Positions 24,600 to 36,686 of a DNA stretch of 64,000 nt are shown here, in pieces. The DNA is taken from positions 22,258,001 to 22,322,000 of the forward strand of contig OY740813.1 in the NCBI GenBank assembly GCA_963514005.1. Direction: 5' to 3'. The position numbers and the translations under genes were made by a program. The DNA comes from Raja brachyura (taxonomy: Eukaryota). Under the pieces are notes generated by a model. That model had not been told where the DNA came from. It made no database searches and worked only from the letters and a program-made list of their open reading frames with translations. Position 1 is the stretch's first letter; the number at the start of each line of letters is the position of its first letter.

Positions 24600-25320
24600 A
24601 ATAGTTGAAAGCCTTGGCTCAGAGGCAGCCTTCTCAAGCCCTACAACTGACACGCGGGCACCTAATTAATAGCAGCATTTCAGTGCGGTGCCGGGGAAGC
24701 AGCGCAATATCAGAGGTGCCATCAATTGGACGAAGCTTTAAACCGAGGACCCTCTCAGAAGGAGAGAAGTGATCCCATAACGTTATCAGAAAAAGAGCGG
24801 TTGGCCAAGACATTTATCTGTGAAGGGTACACAAAAGGCTGGAGAAACTCAGCGGGTGCAGCAGCATCTAAGGAGCGAAGGAGATAGGCGACGTTTCGGG
24901 TCGAGACCCTTCTTCAGAAGTCGCTGCAAAGAAGTCAGGTGATCTCACTTATTTCATTGTGACTCAAAGGGACTTGTTGCGGCTTCCATATTTCCTACTT
25001 TACTACAATAACCGCAATTCAAGGTCACAATGTTTAAGGTCACAATATTTAAGAAGGAACTGCAAATACTGGAAAATCGAAGCTAGACAAAAATGCTGGA
25101 GAAACTGAGCGTGTGAGGTAGCATCTATGGAGCGAAGGAAATAGGCACCGTTTCAGGTCGAAACCTCTGAAGAAGGGTTTTGACCCGAAACGTCGCCTAT
25201 TTCCTTTGCTCCATAGATGCTGCCTCACCCGCGGAGTTTCTCCAGCGTTTTTGTCTACTTAAGGTCACAAAGTACTTTGTGATATTCTTAAGTCAGAAAG
25301 GTGTCATGAAAATGCATGTT
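24600..25320 (+). mobile_element. Ancient Deu-domain SINE interrupted by PLE mini-elements
   Basis: cagaggtgcc..ttaaaccgagg..ctctcag..gatcccat motifs; tail gaaaggtgtcatgaaaatgcatg; split by inserts at approx. 24825-24918 and 25050-25258. Confidence 0.65.
25050..25258. mobile_element. Palindromic (inverted pLTR pair) PLE mini-element
   Basis: Long inverted arm plus short forward arm with core at 25167-25194; ttaaggtcacaa on both sides. Confidence 0.85.
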
Positions 25321-25537
25321 GTAGGAAGGAACTGCAGAATCTGGTTTAAACCATAGATAGACAAAAAATGCTGGAGTAACTCAGCGGGACAGGCAGCACC
25401 TATGGAGCGAAGGAAATAGGCAAATAGGTTAGAATAAGTGAAGTTTCGGGTCGAGACTATTCTTCAGACTGAAGAAGGGTCTCGACCCAAAACGTCACCC
25501 ATTCCTTCTATCCAGAGATGCCGCTGAGTTACTCCAC
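25321..25537. mobile_element. Palindromic PLE mini-element
   Basis: Arms join at ttcagactgaaga; degenerate TSD catgaa(a/t)at(g/a)catgtt. Confidence 0.8.
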
Positions 25538-25992
25538 CATGAATATACATGTTCTTTCTTGCTTTTCGCAGTATATTTAGACTTTTTCCACAGGCTGCTA
25601 TGTTGTTCACTGCAAGTCAAAGATTATGCTGTTGCTAGGCAGAGAGATGCTGATCTGCGTGGAAAGAATGTTGTGCGCAATTGCCCAGGAGACAGTGAAG
25701 TAATTGTTTTTTTTACTATTAGTTCCTGGAAAATAAATATTATTTTCATTATCAATACAGGTGGATAAATAAAAATGCCTGCTTGCAACTACACAAATGC
25801 ATCCGTCACCTTTTTAGTAAGCAACTGAGGTTGAAGTTTAACCCAGATCATACTCCAGCGTCGATCAAATGTCTGGGGTAAACAGCCGCATAGAATATAG
25901 AACAGTACAGCACAGGAACAGGGCCTTCGGCCCACAATGTCTGTGCTAACAATGATGGCAAGTTAAATTAATCTCCTCGACCTACATGTGAT

Positions 25993-26375
25993 CCATTGAT
26001 TCCGTCTGCACTTCACACTGCCTCGGGCACGGTCACCTGCATAATCAAGGACGAGTCCCACCACGGTCATTCCCTCTTCTCCCCTCCCCCATCAGGTAAG
26101 AGGTACAGAATGTGAAGACGCACACCTCCAGATTCAGAGGCAGTTTCTTCCCAGCTGTTATCAGGCAACTAAACCATCCTCCCAACAACTAGAGAGTGGT
26201 TCCGAGCTTCTACCTACATCAATGAAGACCCTCAGACTATTTTTAATTGGACTTTACCTTGCACTAACCGTCATGCTCTGTACACTGTGGATGGCCTGAT
26301 TGTAATTATGTGTAGTCTTTCCCCTGCATGGTTAGCATGCAACATTATGTGACAATAAATGAAACTAAACTAAAC
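25993..26375 (+). mobile_element. Rex1/Babar LINE 3' fragment
   Basis: Reads IIKDESHHGHSLFSPPPSGKRYR..HTSRFRGSFFPAVIRQLN (one frameshift); tail gtgacaataaa + (aaact)n. Confidence 0.8.
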
Positions 26376-27418
26376 CATGTTCCTCCATTTCCTGTAAACC
26401 CATTTGCCTGGCTCTGAAATGCCAGTTTCTCCTCCTCCTACTCGTGTTTATAAAATGATGAGGAATTATCTTATCGTGTTACCTTCAAGATATTTTTCCC
26501 TGCGAGTCTGTCAGTTATTTACTATTGGTGGGTGGTGCTTGCAAACAAGTCCCACAGATATGCAGTCCTGTAATTCACATAGCTTCTCAAACTGATTGCA
26601 CAGGTATGTGCTGGGAATTGTGATTTGTTGGTTCGCACTTAGTGCTGAGCTTGCAAAGTGGCTCAAACCTAGTTGTCGTTTCTCTAACAGATACCATTAG
26701 TACAAGCACAGAAAATGGCTCAATTTAATTACTTCATTACAATATTTACCTCTTAATTACATGATAAAACTTTGTTCCTAGTGCTAGGGAAACCACAGTA
26801 ATGCCTGACAGAATTTTTAAATAACGCTTAGATCAATTTACTTGGCTCACCTTCTCATATATAGGCATTCTCTCTCCTGCCAATATCTGTATATATATAT
26901 ATATAAATATGAATGACTCCCAAACTCCTGCTAATAGCAAGAAGGAGACAGATGGAACTGCAGATGCTGGAATCTTCAGCAAAACCCAAAGTGCTGGAGG
27001 AACTCAGCGGGTCAGGGAGGGAACAGATGGGCGACGTTTTGAGTCAGGACTTTCCCTCACGTCATTGTCCATTTCCCTCCATAGACGCCGCCTGACCTGC
27101 TAAGGGCCTCCAGCACTGTGCGTTTGCTCATGCTGATAGTAAGCTGGTCTTTTTTAATGTTGAGATGTTGAGTTGTGAAGTGCAACAATTACAGGTGGGA
27201 TTTGTCATGGTTTTATCAGTTGCTGTGGGAACTGTGAAGGTCAAACACAAAGTTTAGCTGTTCTTCAGAGATGGGGAGTGCTTTCTGGGTTCCTTCTTTT
27301 TGCAACAAAGTGAGACTACCAAGGTTAGGTCAAGTCATGGGCTAGAAGCATTCAAACAGTTCTCCAGATGAATGTTTCTTCAGTGCAACATGAATTAGCC
27401 TAGAACATTCAACAGTAA

Positions 27419-27738
27419 AGGCCCTGTCCCACTTTCCCGAGTTACTCACGAACTCTCCCGAGTTGGCCCCTTGATTCGAATTCGGGGAATGTTGGGTAAT
27501 GTCCGTAGCGAGCTCGTAGGAGTCCGTAGATGCTTCGTAGCGGCTCGTAAGTGCCAACCGTAGGAACTGGAGGCATCACGTAAGTGGGGACGTTTTTTCA
27601 ACATGTTGAAAAATGTTCACAAGTTAAAAAAATAGCCCCAAGTACCTACGAACGGCTATTACTGTAATTCTCCAAGTTCAAATCAAGGGGAAAACTCGGG
27701 AGAGTTTGTGAGTAACTCGGGAAAATGGGACAGGGCCT
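27419..27738. mobile_element. Harbinger/PIF-like MITE, complete
   Basis: Long TIRs aggccctgtcccactttcccgagttactcacgaactctcccgag / ctcgggagagtttgtgagtaactcgggaaaatgggacagggcct; TAA duplicated at 27416-27418 and 27739-27741. Confidence 0.9.
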
Positions 27739-27821
27739 TAAGTATCTTAATGAAATAAATGTGAACGGCAGCTTATTGCTATGCAACATTGATCAGGCAT
27801 GACAATAGGCACATACAAAAA

Positions 27822-28155
27822 TGAGTTCTATTTATATAGAACCTTTCACTCCATTTTCAGGATTTGCCCAAGCCCCACAAAGTACTTTTGAAATGTTGCA
27901 ACTGCTGTGATGTAGTACAGCAATGACTCATCTTTTTTACAGCAGAGATCCAAAAAACAGCAAGGTGGTCTTAAATAGCTTATTGGCTCAGCAACTCTTC
28001 TTTGAAAGAGTTCATACGGCCTTCATATCCACCTCAAAGAGTATGACATCTGAAAGATATCACTTCCGAAAGGCAAGAAAGAGTTGCCACACAATTGCAC
28101 TGAAAAGGCAGTCAATTGAATCATTCTTTGCTACGAGACTTGAACCAATTCTGTA
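27822..28155 (-). mobile_element. Ancient Deu-domain SINE
   Basis: atttatatagaacctttcac..aagtacttttgaa..tgtgatgtag.., the reverse complement of the SacSINE-type tail and Deu domain. Confidence 0.65.
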
Positions 28156-28159
28156 GCAT

Positions 28160-28830
28160 AATCTACGTCTCTCATAACTTTATAAACTTCAATCATGTAG
28201 TAACGTGTCAACCTTGGCCTTTGACACTCCAAGTTTGACCAGCCGCTCCATATAGCTAACGCACTCCAATCCAGGCAATCCTGGAGAACCTCTTCTGCAC
28301 TCTCTCCAAAGCCTCCAGATCCATCCTACAGCATGGCAATCAGAAATGCATACAATACTCCAAATGTAGCCTATACAAAGTTTAAAAATGCTGCAATATA
28401 ACTTCCTGATTAATGAAAGCAAGCATGCTCCATGTATCCATGACCCCCCCCCCTAGCCACTTATATTGTAACTTTCTGGAAATTATGAGATTGCACTTCA
28501 AGTTCCCTCAATACCTCATTGCTGTGAAAGGTCCTGCCATTAACTGCATATTTTGCTCTTGAATTTGACAGCTTAAAATGCATTGTCTGATACTTGTCCA
28601 GATTAAAGTCCATCTGCTATCTTTCCCCCAAAACTTCCAGGAAGAAAATGTTAAATACTAGAGGGCACAGGTTAATGGTGAGAGTGTAAATGTTTCTAAG
28701 AGATCTGTGAGGTAAGCTTTTTTTTAAAGAACACGCGGAGGTACCTGGAACACTGGGAGGTGGTGGACGCAGACACGATGGCAGTATTTAAAGGACATGT
28801 AGATACAAGGACGGATATATTGGAAACAGA
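28160..28830. mobile_element. Old CR1 fragments (28160-28620 minus; 28640-28830 plus)
   Basis: Degenerate ORF2 motifs, e.g. LEYCMHF and SYMERL on the minus strand. Confidence 0.65.
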
Positions 28831-29014
28831 GGCTGATTTAAATAGGCGAAATTTAAAGAGAAGTAAACACTTCTGTCGATATAACATCTGAACACAAAAG
28901 TGGCATCACACATAAGTACTGGTAGGAGAAAAAATGTATTTACATTTCTGTTGCACCTTCACAACCTCAGGATATATCAAGAGGGCTTCATAGCTAATAT
29001 ACTTTGTAGTGTAC

Positions 29015-29790
29015 ATTTAGGTTTATTATTGTCATGTGAACTGAGGTAGAGTGAAATATATATTGCCTTGCTCATTATCCGGTAAGCTCAGATAACACTG
29101 TACCTAAATATGATTAAGTCAAACTCAAGTACAATTGGTAGAGCAAAGAGGAAGATACAGAATGCAGAACTCAGCATTATAATACACTGGTTCAGTTTTC
29201 CGCACCGACCAACGATCCCTGCACACTAACATTATCCTACACACACAGGGACAATTTACAATGTTACCAAGCTAATTAACCTGCAGACGTGCACCTCTTC
29301 GGAGTGTGGGAGGAAACAGGAGCACCCAGAGAAAACCCACGGAGGTCACACGGAGAACACCCAAACTCCATACGGATCGCACTTGTCGTCAGGATCGAAC
29401 CTGGATCTCTAATGCTGTAGGGCAGCAACTCTACCGCTCAGTTCCATAAACAAAGTCCAATGTCCGGAATGGGGTTGAGGTGAATCAGACAGTACCCTAG
29501 CTTATGGAAGGACTGTTCAGAAGACTGAAAAAAGAGGGAAACACCAGAGACTGGTGGTGAACACTGTCAAACTTCTGCATGTTCTGCCAGACGGAAGAAC
29601 GGAGAAGACGGAATGACTAGTGTGGGACAAGTCTTCGATTATGTTGGCTCTTTTCCGAGGCAGCATGAAATGCAGATGGAATCATGTTGGGGGGTCTGGT
29701 CCGTGTGATGGACTATGGCACATCTACAACTCTCTGCAATTTCTTGAGGTCTCAGGCAGAACTGTTCTTAAACCAAGCTGTGATGCAACC
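29015..29790 (-). mobile_element. Rex1/Babar 3' fragment interrupted by a V-SINE (approx. 29197-29440, minus)
   Basis: Reverse tail tttattattgtcatgtg..gtgaaa; reverse ORF fragment ITAWFKN..LQRVVDV..KDLSHTSHS.FS.LPSGR; SINE in between. Confidence 0.7.
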
Positions 29791-30241
29791 CCCACTATTG
29801 TAGGGAACATTGGAATTAGTTAGTACACAGCAAGAGCCAATGGCCTTCAATGTGATTCTGATACTTTAATCTATATAATTGAATGAAAGATACATCATGG
29901 AAACTGGTCGGTGTGGACTCGGCCCTTAGACCACCGAGTCCACACCGACCATTGATTACCCGGTCACATTAGTTCTATGTTATCTCACTTACGCATCAAT
30001 TAATGTACAAACGTGCACAGCTTTGGGATGTGGGTGGAAACCGGAGCACACAGAGGAAGCCCTTGCGGTCATTGGGAGAATGTGCAAACTCTACCCAGTC
30101 AGCATCCAAAGTCAGATTCGAAGCCTGGCCTCTTGCGCTATGACAAACCCTCTCCTCGTCTTTGCCAGGCCAATTACCCAAGCTGATAGTCAGAGCTTTG
30201 GTCTCATGTTTTACCCAAAGGACCACTCATCTTTATCAATG

Positions 30242-30971
30242 TCTACCACCAAGTGGTGCCAGCAATGGCTGCCTCGCCAACAGTCTGTCTGCCCTTCTTT
30301 CTTTGTTGTTTGTTTTTATGTGTTAAATGTATGTTTTTAGTATTGTTTAGCTTGTTTTATGTGTGGGGTGGGGGGGTGGGGGAGTTGGGGGAAACTTTTT
30401 CTAATCTCTTACCTCGATGGAGATGCAATTTTTTTTTCATCTCTTATCTCCGTCCGCACTGCGGCTTAACATCGAGGAATTGGTAGCCTTTGCTGGAGAC
30501 CGATTTCAAGAGCTTAACCGTGGGAGCATGCGGACTTAACATCACAGAGATCTCGATCCCGGTCGGGAATCGACTTTGGTAGCACCAATCGCGGGAGCCT
30601 GCGGACTTTAACATCGTGGAGCTTGTGGTCTCTGGTTAGAGACCGACTTTGGGAACTCCGACGGGGGAGCTTCGATCGCCCCGACGCGGGAGCTTTGTTC
30701 GCCCCGACGCGGGAGCTTTGATCGCCCCGACTGCGGATGGTTCGACTTCCCCGACCCGTGAGAGAATAAAGGAGGAAGAAGATTTGACTTTATTGCCTTC
30801 CATTACAGTGAGGAATGTGGGGAATCTGCTGTGGTGGATGTTTATGTTAACTTTTATGTAGTTGTGTGTCTTGTTGCTTTTTTTTTTAGTATGACTGTAT
30901 GGTAATTCTAATTTAATTGGTACATGTGACCTTAATTGGTACACGTGACAATAAACTGACCTTGGACCTTG
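30242..30971 (+). mobile_element. GC-rich non-autonomous retroelement with Rex1-type 3' end, inserted in a CR1 fragment
   Basis: 5' acagtctgtctg, internal gcgggagctt repeats, hairpin 30799-30838, ggtacacgtgacaataaa tail; the flanks rejoin as CR1 tttatcaatg|atttagatgag. Confidence 0.75.
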
Positions 30972-31810
30972 ATTTAGATGAGAACGTACATGGCATGATT
31001 AGCAACTTTTCCGATGACATTATAGTTTGTCAGAAATTGCAGCAGAATCTTGATCAGTTGGGCGTGTAGGAGGGGAAATCTGAGGTGTTGCATTTTCAGA
31101 AGTCTAACCTGGGCAAGACCTGCACAGTGAACAGTAGGGCTCTGCGGAGTGTTGTACAGCAGAGGGATCTATGGGTTCAGGTACATAGTTCCTTGAAAAT
31201 GATGCCACAGGTAGATCGGGTGAGCAAAAAGGCTTTTGGCACATTGGCCTTCATCAGTCAGAGTATTGAGTAGAGAAGTTGGGAGGTCATGATGCAGTTA
31301 CATGAGGCGATGGTCGGTCACATTTCGAGTATTGTGCTCAGTTTTAGGAAAGGTATTATCAAGTTGAAAAGGGTGCACAGAGCAGTTATGAGGATGTTGC
31401 CAGGACTCGAGGGCCTGAGGTATACGGAGAGAGAGGTTAGGACTCTATTCCTTGGAGAGCAGGAGGACGAGGGGTTATTTTATAGAGGTGCACAAAATCA
31501 TGAGAGGAATAGATTGAGTAAACACACGGTCTCTTGCCCAGAGTAGGGGAATAGAGAACCAGAGGACAGAGGTTTAAGATGAAGGGGGGGGGTGGAAGAT
31601 TTAATAAGAACCTTTTACACAAAGGGTGGTGGATGTATGGAACGAGTTGCCGGGGGAAGTAGTTGAGACAGGTACTAGTACAATGTTTAATAAGCATTTA
31701 GACAGGTTCATGGATAAGATAGGATAGGATAGGTTTAGAGGGATATGGGCCAAACAAAGAAAGGTGGAATAAGTGTAGATGGGACAGGTTGGTCGTGTGG
31801 GCTTACACTC
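30972..31810 (+). mobile_element. CR1 LINE 3' fragment (decayed RT)
   Basis: ISNFSDD motif; ORF 31085-31273 contains QRDLWVQVHSSLK..QVDRV.KKAFGTLAFI. Confidence 0.85.
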
Positions 31811-31844
31811 AATCATTATTTTAATCTAAATCACATATTTGTAA

Positions 31845-32165
31845 TAGCCCTGTCCCACGGTGCGAGTTCATTCCAAGAGCTCTCCCGAGTTTAAAAAAAA
31901 ATCAAACTCGTGGTAAGCACGGAGAATGAACGTAGCGGGTACGTCGGAGCTCGGGGACGTCTGTTAGCGCTAACGGTGGGTACTCGGGAAGACCCGTTAA
32001 CGGCAGGTAAGCACGGGAAAACTCATGAAGATTTTTCAACATGATGAAAAATGTCCACGAGAGGCCTTAGTACAGACGAGTGGCCATTACCGTAAATCAC
32101 CGAGTTCGAATCAGGGCAAACTCGGGAGAACTCGTGGAATGAACTCATACCGTGGGACAGGGGTT
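31845..32165. mobile_element. Harbinger/PIF-like MITE, complete (second subfamily)
   Basis: TIRs tagccctgtcccacggtgcgagttcattcca / tggaatgaactcataccgtgggacaggggtt; TAA at 31842-31844 and 32166-32168. Confidence 0.85.
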
Positions 32166-32215
32166 TAAGGATGTCAGTCCTGATGCAAGGTTTTCTACAT
32201 CGACAACTCCTTCCA

Positions 32216-32410
32216 NNNNNNNNNNNNNNNNNNNNNNNNNNNNNNNNNNNNNNNNNNNNNNNNNNNNNNNNNNNNNNNNNNNNNNNNNNNNNNNNNNNNN
32301 NNNNNNNNNNNNNNNNNNNNNNNNNNNNNNNNNNNNNNNNNNNNNNNNNNNNNNNNNNNNNNNNNNNNNNNNNNNNNNNNNNNNNNNNNNNNNNNNNNNN
32401 NNNNNNNNNN
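32216..32410. other. Assembly gap (195 N)
   Basis: Run of N. Confidence 1.
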
Positions 32411-34084
32411 CTTTGGCAGATTGTTGCTGCGGACTCCAGCATCTGCCGTCTCTTGTGTCTCAACTTGTAAGATTTGTTTAACAAGTTATTTTGAGGGATT
32501 CAGTCGGGTTCACAATACACAGTTGTTTTTTGCAAAATGTAACTTTTTTTTTAAACTACTTACCAGAAGGAGAAAAAATGTTATGTTTAAAAGTTGGTGC
32601 TCAAGAACAGTCATAAACATCAACGACCAATTCCGGCCTTCTGCAAGTGTAAAAGAAGCTATATTTGCACTCATATTTCATTTGCAGAGGGGGTGATATG
32701 CTGTCAAATTTATGTACAATTAGGGATAAGTGGAATGGATTAACAGGCTCTGAGTTAGTCAAAGCTTGAGTGTTCCTTTTAAGGGTTTCTAAGATTCCGA
32801 CAATCCAATTGGAATTTAATTTATTCAAAGTATATTTTTTGGAGAGTAAATTTAAGTAGACAATATTGTTCTTACCTTTAGCTTTATGCAACTGTGGAGT
32901 TACATAGAAGCATGCTTTTTGATGCACTACCATACATTTATGACTCAGAACTTCATTTGTGCCACTTTTGGGAGGTATTTAGCGAAACAGACCGTACATG
33001 TCAACGTTCTGCATTTGGTGAATTAGAATTAAATGGGCGGTATGAAATAATAGCAAGATTAAAATGTACACAAAACCGTAGGAATGAACCAAGTTCAAAC
33101 TATCAGTAGTAATATCACTGAAGTCCCAATTACACAAGATAAATGGGCTGAATTCAGATCAAATAGATACAAATTGAATCTCTCCTCTTATATTTATATT
33201 TAAACGTAGAGAGCTACATTTGTAATTGGGGTGTACAAAATACCATAAATTCCCCAACGTTTATGCTCCTGGTCTGTATGATTAATAGTCTTTTCCTGAT
33301 GGAGGAGGGCTGGATATCACAGCAGAAAGGATGATGCAGCCTCAAAATGTGTGTTCTAACAAAGTACAATGTTAATTTGCCACATTTATCCTCCCTCCCA
33401 CTTAACCTTGCATATTTTGAAGAATTGCCCCATCTTTCACAAGACTTTTGTCTGTGGACAACAAATCATTCTTGGCTTTGGGGAAGTATATCTAAGTCTA
33501 CTCTGCTTTCGAGCCGGCTGTCAGGAAGTCGCGGTGAACAGCCCACTGCAACTTGCGCAGTAATACTGACTCCCCTCTGTTGGGAAATCACTAAAGCCCA
33601 CAGTTAGCATGAACCACCGAGAGACAGTGGAAATGGAGGAAGCGTGAGGCAAAGATGTGTCCACCAACGTACAAAATCACTTTGTCTTGTGTGAAGCACT
33701 TTAATATTAAGTCTGGTCATTTCAGTTAACCAATTAAATTTATAAAACTGCCTAAAAAATTGACCACTACATCTGTTTAGACCAACAAAGGTGGAAGAGA
33801 CGAGAATGATTTATAACAGAAGGTAGAAGCACAAGGGCATTATTTCACACCCGCAGCCACTTTAGCAACAGAAGGCAATAATTTATCTTACAGACCAAAA
33901 GCTGTGGTTAATAATTATTTTATTATACACCAGGGCTAACTAAAAGAGGAACCATCAAAGGAAGTCATTGCACTCACAGTCTCTTATTTTCTACTGATCA
34001 TGTCAATGCATTGTAGACTGCCTCATTCCCAAATCACAATACACCAGTCACCCTGCCCAAACAAATAATTGCTCAAGAAAATGA

Positions 34085-34290
34085 AAATAAAACACTGCAG
34101 ATGCCGGAAATCTGAAATAAAACCAGAATACACTGGAAACAGTCAGCAAGTCAGACATCATCTGTGGAAAGCAAAACACAATTAACATTTCAGGTCTGAG
34201 ACCCTTCATCAGAAGACAGTCCTGTTAGATTGTCTTTCCACAGATGCTGCCTGAGCTGCTGATCGTTCTCAAATATTTGCTTCATTTAGC
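34085..34290. mobile_element. Older palindromic PLE mini-element
   Basis: Minus-strand core ctgatgaagggtctcagacctgaaatgtt at 34184-34212; the opposite arm carries cacagatgctgcctga. Confidence 0.7.
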
Positions 34291-35477
34291 TTCATCTCAC
34301 TGTGTTTTCAATTTCTTCTCAAACTTAAACCGGAATGTTAAGGACCACATCAGTTTGCAAAAATACCACTTCCAAGCTTAAAAGCAGCCATAGAGTTAAG
34401 ATTTTCTTTACGAGAAGAAAACAAAATGTGAACATGGTGGCCCTCAAACCTGAAGTCATGCCCAAGAGAAATTAAAACCATTTTCATTCCTAGAAAGTGC
34501 AATTGCAGATAAAGAACGTTACAAAGGCAGACCGATATGGAGTCAGCCACAATCCATCGACATGGGTAATTTCTATTTACTTATTTTGTTACTACTTGGT
34601 CAGAGGGATCACTGCACCAAGAGAATTCAGAGAAATTAGCAGAAATATGCCGTACGCTTAACATAATTGGGATATGATAAACCTTATCACAGGCACTGAT
34701 TAAGGCAGACAGCATTGTACTTTCCCAGGGATAAATGGATAAATATCTGTAGACCTATCCGGAGCAAGCCAGGCAATTGCTTTCTTTTGAATTATCACAT
34801 CAGGCACTGGCACAATCGACAAGGACTGAAGGGTAATTAACTAATGAGTCTCTGTTGAACTATTTACTGATGAAGCAAGTATACTTGCTTACTTTGCCTG
34901 TGTCGCTGGCTACAGCAGTACAGAGTTCAACAGAGATTTGAATGTGCAAAATCAGTTCCTTACCTCATTTCGTTATTTTTGACTTCAAACCTCTAGTTTC
35001 ACAGGTTAGTTCTGCAGAACATTCATCTAAACTTTATTATATATTGGACATCTAATTTTGCCCACTAATGTGGCGGTGAATACTGGAGCTATAAATGTTG
35101 TGACCCTCCAGTAATGGGACCAACATGGAGACATACGGAACAGCAGACGCAGGAATCTTGAGCAAAACACAAAATGCTGGAGCAACTCAGCGGGTCAGGC
35201 AGCATCTGTGACGGGAAGGAATAGGTGATATTTTGGGTCAGGACACTCCTTCAGGCATAGGTCAGGCAAATGTACTAGCTTTTCTGTCAAACTTGAAGTT
35301 AACTGTCACAGCCCATTGAGCAGGGGGTCACCTTAAATCAGCACTACTATGGCCCTGGTTCAGAATGGCAACACCGATAGCTGCTTCAGTTTATGAAAAC
35401 ATTACAAGAAAGGAAGGTGATTTGCAAAGGTTGAGATGACTTTTATTTCCATAGAAGACAACAAACAGAAAAAGTCA

Positions 35478-35875
35478 TGTGTAGGAAAGAACTGCAATTG
35501 CTGGTTTAAATCGAAAGTAGACATAAAATGGTGGACTAACTTAGACTGAGGAAGGGTCTCGACCCGAAATGTCACCCATTCCTTCTCTCCAGAGTTGCCG
35601 CCTGTCCTGCTGAGTTACTCCAGCATTTTGTGTCTACCCATACACGCTAGTTGTATGTTATCCCACTTTTGTACCCACTCCCTACACACTGAGGCCAATT
35701 AACCCTCAAGTCTGCACAGCTTTGGGATGTTGGAGGAAATCGGAGCACCCAGAGGAAACCCACGCTGTCACAGAGAGAACGTGCAAACTCCACACAGACA
35801 GCACCCAAGGTAAGGATCAAACCCGGGTCTCTGGCTTTGTGAGGCAGTAGTTCTAATAGCTGCGCATCAGTGCCG
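35478..35875. mobile_element. PLE mini-element (35478-35640) abutting a minus-strand V-SINE (35645-35875)
   Basis: ctgaggaagggtctcgacccgaaatgtc core; reverse V-domain and box B. Confidence 0.8.
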
Positions 35876-36409
35876 GATGGATTCAAATTCAACACCACCA
35901 ACATCATTATGCAAATTGGATAAATTTGTCTGTGAGGAAATAGTCTTAGAGTGGATTGACTGGCATGCTTTACAAAAAAATATTTTCAAGCTGGATACCA
36001 CAAAAATTGGTATTAAAATGGAATGGTTCATTAGGCCAAGAGCAGCCCAATAAGCCAATAAGGATGGCTTGTGCAATAAATAAGTAATGCTGATGCAGAT
36101 TCATTAGTTTAGAAATACATCACGGAAACCAACGAGTTCACGCCGACCCGACGATCACCCGTTCACTAGTTCTATGTTTTCCCAGTTTCGCAATCTACAC
36201 ACATCAGTCCTGTGTGCTGCAAGACTGCGGTGCTTCATCCTAAAATCAACTGTTCTATGGCTCTTCATGTACCACCCCATTAACACTCTCTGTATAAGTC
36301 ATTGAGTTTGTCCCATGGAGCCCCAATAATTGTATGTTTTTATGGATGTGTCCAATTCTAACTTCAGAGTTACCATTCAATGTACTTCAACCTGTCTTTA
36401 AAGCAATAC

Positions 36410-36686
36410 TTTCTTGAGTGGCCAAGTCAATCACCCGATCTGAACCCAATTGAGCATGCTTTTTATATGCTGAAGATAAAACTGAAGGGGTCTAGACCCC
36501 AAAACAAGCATAAGCTCAAGATGGCTGCAATACAGGCCTGGCAGAGCATCACCAGAGACGACACCCAGCAACTAACTGGTGATGTCCATGAATCGCAGAC
36601 TTCAAGCAGTCATTGCATGCAAAGGATATGCAACAAAATACTAAACATGACTTATTTCATTTACATGACATTGCTGTGTCCCAAAC
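36410..36686 (+). mobile_element. Tc1-family (DD34E) transposase C-terminal fragment
   Basis: LEWPSQSPDLNPIEH motif; after a 4-bp (aact) duplication frameshift it continues VMSMNRRLQAVIACKGYATKY-stop (36642-36644). Confidence 0.92.

Noticed and set aside
34867-34895. CTGATGA followed by the perfect 18-bp palindrome aagcaagtatacttgctt, resembling a hammerhead 5' half
   Set aside because: The stem is followed by TACTT rather than GAAA, so the catalytic core is incomplete.
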